Source: Tubiluchus corallicola
Taxonomy: Eukaryota; Animalia; Priapulida
NCBI GenBank assembly: GCA_030141605.1
Contig: JAQGDQ010000062.1
Location: 434,001 to 498,000, forward strand
Reading direction: 5' to 3'
Length of the DNA stretch: 64,000 nucleotides
The notes below the pieces were generated by a model. That model saw only the letters and a list, made by a program, of their open reading frames with translations. It made no database searches and had not been told where the DNA came from. This document shows, in pieces, positions 53,901 to 64,000 of this stretch. Numbering within the stretch: position 1 is the first letter of the stretch; the number at the start of each line of letters is the position of its first letter. A program made the translations under genes and the position numbers.

Positions 53901-56900
53901 TGTCTTAATGATGAAGAGTCAGTTCATTTGTTTTATGACTACAGCTGTAGCTTTTGAGAAGCTAAATAAACCAACAGGTTAACCTTTAATAACCTCCTTT
54001 TTAATCCAGTAATTTGGGAGTATTACTTTTAGACGAGAGTAAATTTAATAGGTTTTTTCTTGTTTCCTACGTAAAGACTGCTAACAATGACACATTGAGT
54101 GCATTACCTAGCTCAACAATAATCCTAGCCTAGGCTAAATTTAGTTTTCATGAAATTTGGCCAGAGAAGTTAATTATTACCTTTAATTTCTGTGCATGTA
54201 TTAAGCAAGAAAGTTGTGGCTAACAGCTGTGTTTATTACATATGAGCATGCATTGCTGAACGCACTATAGATACCAGTGATGTCTTGTGAAAACTAATAC
54301 AGCTTATTTTTGCTTGCGTAAAGCTTTTCGTCAGTTTTTAAATGTGTTATGGTTATCATTAATGTCTAGACTACATTTTGACAATCATATTTTGCCTTCT
54401 GTGCTACTTTAAATGCTGGTAAATAAGTAAACGGCTGCTACTTGCAACTCTGCAGTAAGGTGTGTGCATAATTACCTTTTGCATTTGATCTTCTTGGTAA
54501 ACTAAAATGAAATTTGCACACTGTTAGTTCTATCACGTGGAAAACAAAATTCTAATACCAATCTAAAAGAATTAATAAGTTTAGTATGGTATTTCACGGC
54601 ACAGACAATTTTGCTGGGAGTTTTTTTTTTATTAATTAAAACTGCCCGATCGTCCTGATTTTTCTGAAATTACTAATATTAATATTCTACCATTTTAGCT
54701 ACAAGTTCTGCTAATAGTGGTTGGAGTATGTTGCACCTTACTTACCAGGTTGAGTGGCCTTTGCATATTCTTTTTACTCAGAATGTGTTAGAACGGTAAG
54801 TCAACTTTTGCACCATACCACAAAAAGTATTTGTTTCCGATTAATCCATTATTGTCCATGTCCCGTTTAAATAAATATTGAACGATATCCGCTTGGTCAC
54901 TTTTAGTGTAGTATTACTGTCTTAGGGCCGAAATGTTAATTTATCGTATAATTTAAGACATTTTGTCTGAGCGAAAATGAAAAGCCAATTAAATATATAA
55001 TGTATAGTTGACAACCCGTGTATTTACAAACAATTTTGACATGCCCAATAAGTATCAGGATGATGTAGAAGGATATGATAGAGCTCAGAAAAACCAAATG
55101 TCATCACACGAGATTTGTAAGGGAAAATTAACCTGCATGTAGCAGTTTGGGTAGTCTTCTTCTGTCTAATATTGATAGTACTAGCAATAGTTGTAAAACA
55201 GATTCTGATAATCAAATATAATTATGTCAAGCAGTCATGCCCACAAAATCTAGCCGTCACTATAGCTTCTACTCTATATCTAATTGTTTTTTAATTGCAT
55301 CTGTTCTGTATCTAGTTTGTGGAAAATGTTGCAAATTGTTTGCTAGTAAAAGGAGACAACTTTTATCAGCAATGCTATACAAATTTTTTTTCCTTACCGT
55401 TGTTATTGTCGTGTAGTTTGTAACTAAATTATTACTGTAGACAAACATAAACAGGACAGCCAAATTTTGTATTTCTTGCTATACTGCCAGTTTCATTTGT
55501 CACTTGTCTGCCAAGTAAAGTGCTAATGTGAGAGTGTTGATGCAACTGTGAGAGTGTTGATACAAACAGTTGCAACATGTGATAGTGCAGTGCTCACAGC
55601 CTGATGCTCAAAAGACTGTAAGGTCAGGGGCCTAGAAAAGAAATATTGAATGAGTTAAGGTCAACAGGACGTTACCTTCACTTGTTAATTGTTTTTTTTT
55701 GTTCCAGATATAATTCCATATTTAAGTTTTTACTATCAGTATCCAGGGCTCAAGCTGCATTACACAACTGCTGGGCTGTGTTAATGCAACACAAACATCT
55801 CACAAGTTCTGTGACATCTGCTGTGTGGATGTTGCATAATCACTTAACATTCCTTATTAATAACTTGCAATATTACTTAATGGTAAGTTGACTTTTATGA
55901 TATGTGATAATTGTGCATAATGTTGCTTCTTAACGACTTGCTATAGTTTATGACCAATTGAGGTCAGTTTTCGCATGTCATATTGCACTTGATTTATTTG
56001 ATGAATTGGGTGCCAGAAAAAATAAATGCAAATCTAGTTTTGCTCTTGGCATCAAAGTCATTCGTGTGCAAAAGTACGAGACAGTACAAGAAAACAGCTA
56101 TGAAATGGATCTACAAGACACACAATGAACTGTTAATCATAATGTGCTTACATTGTGCTGAAACTTCAAATCAAATTGTCAATACATTTTTAAAACAGCA
56201 GCATAGAAATTTAACCTTTTCCTGATTTAATGTAGAAAAATAAGATAGTTCTACAGACTGATGAGCTGTATCTGTTGTATCATAAAAACTGCAATTGTTC
56301 TGTTCAATTTGCAGGTGGATGTACTCGAGTCGCAGTATGAAATTCTTTTGAATAAAATACGGACAACTAAAGACTTTGAAGCTATCATATTGGCTCATGA
56401 GACATTCCTTAATGTTATTCTAGCACAAACTTTCATTCTTTTGAAACCAGTAAGTTTACTCATGAAATAATGATTTCAAATTGCTGGGAAACAAAAGGTT
56501 ATTACTAATTTCACAAAAATTTACAAGTGTGTTCCTGATCTTCTAGTTCAACACAACCTTTTTAAAAAGTCCACTGTTTTCTATCGGCTTTGTTTAATTA
56601 TATTTCTTACAGTTAATTTAGTGAATTTGGTTAATGTAACTGAGTTAATATCATGTAGAAAAGAATACTAAGAATGTCACACTGGTAATAGTGTCCCACT
56701 TTTTGCAGTTTATTTTCTCTACCCCAAATGCTATACAGTCAAATCTCATTATAATGCCCCTTTTGGAATTCCAGCCTCACCACCTTTAACAAAACAGAAT
56801 GTATGTATTTGTGTAGTACTGTATCTATTAATTGCACCTCTTTATAATGCCAACACTTGCTTAGTGCCAATTTTATTTATGCAGTTCTGTAGACGATGCT

Positions 56901-59900
56901 ATAAAGAGGTTTGACAATCTACGGTGCTTTACTCGTTTCGTTTTCCTCCGTAAGCTAATGTCTTTTGCTGCACACATTTTTCCTTCCTGTTCTGTCAGCA
57001 TGTGAGCTTTTTGTTTGCTTTAGGTACTTAACATGCAACTTTGATTGATGCTTAAATATTTTCATCTGTAACGTGGTTTGTGATTTTCTTCTCACAAATT
57101 TCACTGTCTATACGATAAGTTTGCAGAAAAACAACTGATAGGTGCCATTTATCCCTAAAATGCGAGCATTCCTCCTCCAGAGCCTCTTGTTTTGCTACAT
57201 AGTAAATGAAAGGAACACTTAAATCTGTTTCAGGAGTTTTGAATTTTTCTAATACCTAAAAATTCAAAGTTGGTTTGAAAATTCAAAAGAATTTCTTAAC
57301 CGTCCATTGCAACTAATACACTGTCTATCTGTCAAAGCTTCCTAGCACCATAATGCCATTTAGGTTAGGAAGAATGTGCTTTTGCCTAGCATAAGCAGAA
57401 TATGTTATGCATAATTAGCAATAATTAGTTATTGTATGCTTAAATTTCTGTAAAAAGCAGATTCTGTGTAAATAGTTAGTCCACTTAGAAAATACATAAA
57501 AAATTGGAACAAATCTGGTTCAATGCATCTTTTGCACATTTTTCAGAAGAAAAAGTACGTTAAAGGCTGACCAAAGGCATTTGTGCAAAATCAAATACTG
57601 ATGAAATTTGATACACTTGCTGTCTTAATATTTTTTGTTTGTGGTTTGTTAGGCATCACAGTGTATTAGCGAAATTTTGTCACTTTGCCATACTTTCTGT
57701 AAATCTGTTGAAGGCAGCTTTGTTCCACATAACAAATTCAGCATTGAGGAATTCAGCAAAATCTCAAAGGTAAATATTCTTATAACAATAAACTAGAAAA
57801 TGTGTGGTACTTAGCTGAGCAGAACTTATGTAAATTCGAAGTGCTATAGTCACAACAGTGGCATGTTAAGATGTTCAAGCCCAACACTGCACACTTTACT
57901 CTAGTAGAAATTTACACTTATCTCGGCATAAAAAAATATGTCTGCCTATAATTATCATCAATATATGATTAGGTACTATAGTTCCAATTTCTTTATGAAA
58001 CTTTTGGTCCATGTAAATATAATTATAATTATAGGAGTACCTAATTGCATACTGATTATTATTTTTTAATTAATAGGCTAATAACAAAAATCTTGTACTG
58101 CTAGTTAAACTTCTTTAACTTTCTTACTAACTTACCAATTAAGAAAGTCAATATGAAGTGATATATACCTCAGGCAATGTTTTAATTTCATCATAAAATT
58201 TTGAACAATAAAATAATTATAATTATAGCATTCATCATAGTATTTTAATATACAGATAGATGTAAATCAGGGGTGTGCAAATTGCGGCCCGCCGAGAGAA
58301 TTTGTGCGGCCCGCGAAGAGATTGGTCAACCTAATGAAAGTGCAGCCCGGGCGATTAATTGACTGTATCCAGCTGAAGTCCACGCCACGATCCCAAAGAT
58401 AGTGTGGGTAGTTTTTTCTACTAGATCGGATGCCATTAACCCTTACAAGACGGTTGTAGCTTAATGTCACTGTACTACACAGACTGTGTGATACACATTA
58501 CTAATATGCATTGTAATGAAATTAGCACTATCTGTCCTGAAAGTAGAAATATATGGCTTGTAATATAAATTTTAATAACTTCTAAAATAGTTTCTTGAGT
58601 GTAGTAGTAACGATGTACGCAGTTCGGATGCAAAAAAATCGTTATTAGGCCTTTCTGTACTTGGCTTCTTGATCAAACTGCCTGTGGCCCGCAGGAATTG
58701 TGGTAAAGTTTAATGTGGCCCGGCTAGTCAGATAATTTGCACACCCCTGATGTAAATGTCTTCTCGCATAACAAATCTTAGAATTTTTGAGTGGTAGAGA
58801 TAGATGCATGGATGGAAATTCATAGCAATAAAACAGCAGTGTGTGGAACTTTCTTTTGTCAACAATTTTTTTTTTATTTTGTCTTCAATAAATCTCCATT
58901 GTCCAATATTTGGAAAAAGATTGTATTTCTGATTAACAAAAATGTAAAACACAATTTTGCTGTATAACAGTGATACAAGATGTCTATTACACAGTTCTTC
59001 TAAACAGCAATGTACAGGGTCAAACTAGTTAATTAGTTGATTGTATGACACTAAAATGAGATTCGTATTGATGTTTTCATGCTGAGGTATGACGGCTGTA
59101 GTGAATTTCTGTTATTTAAGCGTGCCTACAGAAATGTAACAGTAATCCAGGCATGCCATTGATCAAAATGTTTGGATACAGGAACATTTAGATGTTTGGA
59201 TTTTTACTCTTTTTGCCATTACAATTCATTTTTCATTATTAAAGTACGAATCTGATTGGATAATAACCCAGTAGCTGTGCATTTGTGATATACCGTATAT
59301 ACTCGCATATAAGCCTACATCGCATATAAGCCGACCCTCTAAAACTGCTTTAAAATGGCCAGTTTTTGCAAAAACCCGTATATAAGCCGACCATCAACTT
59401 GTCTAATTTTACTCCATACCCAATCAACAAAATTGATCCCTTTTTGTCACATTTTGTTAATTGGGTATTTTTGGTTCATAGAAATTTTTTACTATAAAGA
59501 TGTAAAATGCTTACTTTTATGTTACATACTAGAAGAAATAGAAGAAATTATACATTTTGATATGAATAAAGAAGAAAATATTTTGTTTTCTATTTATTCA
59601 CAAAAAATTATAACATTTCTGTTTATAATTTAACGTTCTTAAAAATAATTAGAAACCTTCAAAATCATTGTCACTACCACCCTCATCGTCTCTGTCTCAA
59701 ACTTATAGAGTGTCTGTTTTCTAAAAAAAAGTGGGTGGACGGCGATCCCCCACGATCCCCTCCAATACACCACTGGTGACACACAACCAAATAAAGAGTC
59801 AGATAGCGATGAAAATGTGTGGCTGGAAAATTGGCATTAGTGTCTGTTCTTGTGTCCATTTTGTTTCATGCGCATATAAGCCGACCCCCTGATTTCAGTA

Positions 59901-60980
59901 TTGTATTTTATAGTTCTAAATTCGGCTTATATGCGAGTATATACGGTACAAGTTTTGTGCCACTTTTGTTTACCCACGACTAGGCACATGTGGGACCACA
60001 TGTGGCATAAAACGTCTGTAAAACCCAGAGTCAGTCTACAAGTGATAGAGTATAAATTTAGTTAAAGTATAAATGGAATATTGTTTTGAGCTGGTTCTTT
60101 TTTAATTTTTTAAGAACATTTCGCATGCTAGGAAACATATCTAAACATACCAACAGGACACTGAATTCTCCTAATGATTTTGTTTTCAGAGTTTTTCTAG
60201 ACGTACTTCACTGCTGTTTAAAATTCTGTCTGGAGTTCGTTCTCATCAGTCCAGTCTACATCTAGCAAAGCTACTTAATCTCATTGATTTCAATAAATAC
60301 TTTTCAAACTCAGGATGTCAGCTTGGACCACTTATTAATGAGTAAGTAAAGCACAAAGTTTTAGTTACTACAGTTGTAGTTAAAAGAAAATAATTATATT
60401 TGTGCTTGAGTAAGTAAAACACAAAGTTTTAGTTACTACAGTTGTAGTTAAAAGAAGATAGTTATATTTGCGCTTGAGTAAGTAAAACACAAAGTTTTAG
60501 TTACTACAGCTGTAGTTAAAAGAAGATGGATACATTTGTGCTTTGGCTACTTCAAAAAGTAACTCTTAACACACATGCTTCTCAAACTGTAAGTGCAACT
60601 CTGGTGTATTTGAAGGCCACCGAAACCGAAGAAATATTTTCCGATTTGCACCCACGTGAAACATTCGGCCTTTTCTTACTATTGCCATATCTTTCCAACT
60701 TCTGTTAAACATGGCCTTAACAAATGTTAGTGTAAGCATTTTGAAATCAGTGTTGTAAAACACCCAGCAGTGGATGCACTGGAAACGCATTTTGGCTACC
60801 AGCAATGATTTAGCTTAACATTTTCATTATTCAACTTTATTAGGGTAGAGAAGTTTTTGAGATCCACACACAAAACAATTTTTGCAATGTTTTATACTAA
60901 ATAATATATTACTATATTAAAATAATTAGATCATGTTATTTTTTTGCAGCAAGTCAACAAAGAATGTTTCTAAGATATAG
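41979..60980 (+). CDS. TUBGCP4: Gamma-tubulin complex component 4, about 642 aa, 16 exons
   Basis: Exons 41979-42089, 42616-42760, 43675-43826, 44900-44956, 45834-45913, 46606-46726, 47756-47927, 48153-48286, 51436-51592, 53310-53402, 54699-54795, 55708-55882, 56315-56449, 57653-57769, 60190-60341 and 60950-60980 are all GT-AG and in phase. GCP4 signatures MYRELLFALNGYPGS, PFIHPCE, YKQLYAWLLHGLLLD..NEFFI, FLLGRGELF, VEWPLHILFT, NNLQYYLMVDVLESQY and LLFKILSGVRSHQ. The last small exon is less certain; the alternative is a stop at 60343-60345. Confidence 0.96.
47426..47712. repeat. 25-bp minisatellite, about 11 copies (CTTGTCATAGCTCTGTACRGTCTTG)
   Basis: Read directly; it ends about 43 bp before the TUBGCP4 exon 7 acceptor. 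Confidence 0.95.
49712..50193 (+). mobile_element. hAT (Charlie-like) MITE, family A copy 2
   Basis: TIR CAGGGGTGTGCAAATT with flanks GTGTAGAC and ATGTAGTC (6/8 match); 482 bp. Confidence 0.92.
50416..51020. mobile_element. hAT (Tip100-like) MITE
   Basis: TIR CAGGGCCGGATTAA...TTAATCCGGCCCTG, flanks TCTGTTAG and TCTGTTGG, and subterminal TGGTGCC(C/T)TAAGCAC repeats. Confidence 0.9.
52006..52738. mobile_element. hAT MITE containing an RTE LINE fragment
   Basis: 12-bp TIR TAGTGGTGGGAC / GTCCCACCACTA and perfect TSD ATCAGAGG. Internal 52244-52353 is homologous to the LINE at 21409-21519. Confidence 0.88.
52815..53136. mobile_element. hAT (Charlie/MER5-like) MITE
   Basis: TIR CAGTGGTTCCCAAA...TTTGGGAACCACTG and perfect TSD ATTTAAGG. 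Confidence 0.92.
56736..56917. mobile_element. Tigger/pogo-like MITE, second copy
   Basis: TA|CAGTCAAATCTC...GAGGTTTGAC, inverted relative to 28984-29167. Confidence 0.55.
58268..58749 (-). mobile_element. hAT (Charlie-like) MITE, family A copy 3, inverted
   Basis: Same TIR as copies 1 and 2, perfect TSD ATGTAAAT, 482 bp. It is a close reverse-complement match to 49712-50193. Confidence 0.93.
59293..59946. mobile_element. Tc1/mariner (Tc2-like) MITE
   Basis: TA|CCGTATATACTCGCATATAAGCC...GGCTTATATGCGAGTATATACGG|TA, with internal TATAAGCCGACC repeats. Confidence 0.92.
60340..60543. repeat. Three tandem 68-bp units, each starting at a GAGTAAGT donor-like site
   Basis: GAGTAAGTAAA.CACAAAGTTTT(T)AGTTACTACAG.TGTAGTTAAAAGAA at 60340, 60408 and 60476. 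Confidence 0.9.
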
Positions 60981-61143
60981 GCTGGAAACCCATTTCCCAG
61001 TGATAAGACATGGGAGCAGCAAGATCTGGAGCACATTCAATATGATTTAATGTTTGTATTTTCTTGGGTAAATGAAAGTAGTGTGCAGGAGTTCATAAAT
61101 AAGGCATTACTTATTTTTTTTGTAAATTATGTTTATCAGGATA

Positions 61144-61156
61144 AATAAAATTTATT
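61144..61156. terminator. Back-to-back polyadenylation signals for TUBGCP4 (+) and HAX1 (-)
   Basis: AATAAA at 61144-61149 and TTTATT at 61151-61156 lie between two convergent stop codons 278 bp apart. Confidence 0.55.
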
Positions 61157-61258
61157 AACACCAAACTGAAAAAAGTTACAGACTGCATATATCAGAAAAA
61201 AGTATGCTTATTTGATCTAAAATTCAAACAAATTTGTAAATTATTTGGCTATTTAACA

Positions 61259-63225
61259 TCACCAATCTATTAACCATCTAAACCAAGACTTTCTGTTATC
61301 TTCTGCTTTTGCATCCTTTGAAAAATATTTATCAAACAATGATTTTGCTTCTTGATCTAACACAGGTGGTCGTTCTATTTGAGGCAACTGTTGTGGTGAC
61401 CAAAGTGGTACTTGACCTTTTCCGAACCAATTTCCATCGAATTTTGGCAACTCGTCTATTAGAAAACAGAGCAGTCAATTAGTATACAAACAGCAAAAGT
61501 GGACATTTACTTTCTATTTTCCATGATCATGTATTATACTTTAAAAATGATAACATAAATTATAAATTTATGTTAAAACAGGCTTAAAAATGTCTATTGA
61601 CCTATTACCTTTGTCCAAGTTGGTAAAATTTTCTATAGTTTCTTCAGTGCCTTCTGGTCCTTTGCGTGTTGTAATGCTATGTGATTGATCATGCATAGAG
61701 CGAGTAATAACAGTTTCTTCATGACCCTCTCCATCTCTTACAACTTTCTTTTCCTCTATTGCCTAGAAGAGTGATAGCTATTTCTTGGAAACAAACCTGT
61801 CTGAGACCTAATTATAGCCAATTTGTACATAAACACTTAGCCAAAACACTATACCAACAAAATACAGTGCAGTTTGATAGCTAAAGTATTAATTATGTAT
61901 TGACAATGAATGTGTACGCTTAATAGTTGACTAGAAAGTTTTGATTTTGGTTTTGCATTCTGCAATTGATGAAAACCAAAAATGCCAAAACATTATTTCC
62001 CTGGAGTTAAGGGCATGGTCCCCACGTGTACAATCAGTGCATCAGTAACAACACTGGAATTGATAACCACTAACTTGGCAACTAAAACGTGATCTCGGGC
62101 AGGACCCCTCTACTCGGCAAAAAAGTTAAAACGACCAAAGACGAAAAACTTTAGTCTGATCAGTAAACAGTAATCGATTACAAATACCGAAATACACAGA
62201 AATTTGTCCAAACACACAAATTGGCCCCAGAACAAGGTTGTGCGGACTTGCAGTTCCGTGGATACGGCTAGGTTTTATTCTTCAATAAACAAACGACTGA
62301 CTAATCAATAGCCACTTACACCATCAGGTCTTTTAACTTTCGTTACTTGAACACTACGAAATACAGATGTTGGTCTTCGCTGTTCATCTCTTTTTAGTAT
62401 GCTGTCCAGGCCACCTTTGGCAACTTTGTCATCTAAATCTATAAAATAAGCGAAATAAAAGAGCTGTTTATTCACACCCGCAAAAGCACTTGTGCTTAGT
62501 TAAAACTTTTTCACGAAGACACCCACTATAACGCAGCATAGACTATTAAATCTACCCGCCTATTATCAACAATGCACAAAGTAATTGCAAACATCCCTTG
62601 CAGGGTCTGGCTTGCATAGAAAACAATAGATATTGCAAAATGAGGGTCCAGGCTGAAGCCCTTAAATAGACATATTGTAAATTCTCATTGGGAATGAGTA
62701 AAAAGTTACTTTACTCACGTCACTATTCTTTTTATTGAGAATTGATCTGTGTTCTCCTTGAGAAACCGTGAAATTGGAATACTCATTCCTTTCAGTTATG
62801 TATATTACAATAAAGGCATTTTTAAGACTTTGAAACTTTCTTTTCACAGTTCTTTCTTGTTTAGGCAGTGTGCTTATTTTTATCTGAAATTAAAATTACC
62901 TCCAAAAATCTTTTTTCTGGAGGTTCTAGGGATACAGTTTTTTCATCGTTCTTTGTGTGAACTTTTACGAATTTCGAATGGTTATCTGCTGAAAAGCAAT
63001 CCTAGTGCAAAAATCCTGGGTCTTCCAGAAAACTAGATCATGTTCATGCCATTTCACAGATGCCCAAACCCTCATAAAAAACCAGACGCTGTCTATAAGA
63101 CTATAACATTGTCAGCAGAATGGTGTGAAACACTGAACATGCTTTAATTGTGTTAACTAACCTGTATCAAGTTTAATTGATGGCTGCTCCATTTGTGAGT
63201 ATGGGTTGCCCCAAAACCTTCCAAA
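61259..63225 (-). CDS. HAX1: HCLS1-associated protein X-1, last four coding exons; 5' part beyond the right edge or not identified
   Basis: Exons 63225-63162, 62438-62320, 61762-61609 and 61455-61259 are in phase. DTDLDDKVAKGGLDSIL...SVFRSVQVTKVKRPDGAIEEKKVVRDGEGHEETVITRS matches the HAX1 core, and the C-terminus is SLFDKYF...WFRWLIDW*. Confidence 0.88.
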
Positions 63226-64000
63226 CTGTAAAATTTTTATAAAAAGAAACAAATATTACTATCTTCCAAAATAGCTATTTTAACCGGCTAATGGCAAATG
63301 ACTAACAAATAAAAGCCCTTAAAATGAATAATTACAGACAGCATCGTCAAAAGCTGAGTTAAGAGTAACATGATTTTTGTTTAACCTAGTTCTGAACATG
63401 ATGATATAGTGCACATGGGTGTCTGACCTGAGTTATAACTATTGTCAAGTTGCATCAGTTATATTATAAACTGCAGTTTCACACAGTGTGCCCTTCTAAA
63501 AACTGAAATTGTTCCCAATTTCCTAACTGCCAGCAAACAAGAATGCTATAACTACATGTACTTATACTAACAACAATTGTTGACAGTTGCATTTTTCAGG
63601 AATTTTTTTACTAAACACTCACACTATAACACTAGGTATCTCCAAATCTCCAAAGAAATAAGCTGAATTACTTCAAGTTCATTTAAGGATAGTTTAGTAG
63701 GCTAGTTGCAGTGCACTTGTGGTTTTGTTAAGGTTCTGCTACTGTAACGAACAAAAAATAAGAGACCACGTGTGTCCATGACACCATTACACTGCTCGTG
63801 ATTTGTGACCAATATTTTATTTTGAATATTCTGTATGGCAAGAATGGAATTATACGGGTGGTTTCGACAGAAGGTATGATACAACCTGGACAAGTACACT
63901 GGTGGATCACATACCATAGAGAGGACTTGGCAGAAAGCATAATTTTCTTAAACTTTGTATTAAATCAGGGTTAGGAAAATTTAGCATGATTGCAGAGATT

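Noticed and set aside
63700-63960. Coding-looking stretch near the right edge
   Set aside because: Could not be phased with HAX1 or assigned to any family.

Overview
AT-rich, intron-rich eukaryotic genomic DNA, most likely from an invertebrate animal. It is not prokaryotic, and I saw no CRISPR array, rRNA or tRNA. Splicing exons by hand (GT-AG, phase-checked) gives seven protein-coding genes: PGM3 (-, 5' part only), a GT31 beta-1,3-galactosyltransferase-like gene (-) head-to-head with a GT8 GXYLT-like gene (+), CCDC124 (+), a compact MAP1/futsch homolog (-) head-to-head with TUBGCP4 (+), and HAX1 (-, 3' part only). There is also a frameshifted orphan C-type lectin exon. Introns hold many non-autonomous DNA transposons (hAT with 8-bp TSDs, Tc1/mariner, ISL2EU-like, Helitron ends), LINE remnants and minisatellites. 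The strongest leads are the CCDC124-MAP1-TUBGCP4(-HAX1) block as possible ancient microsynteny, and a glycosylation-gene neighbourhood whose two transferases have altered active-site motifs. I cannot claim a clearly new biological system from sequence alone.
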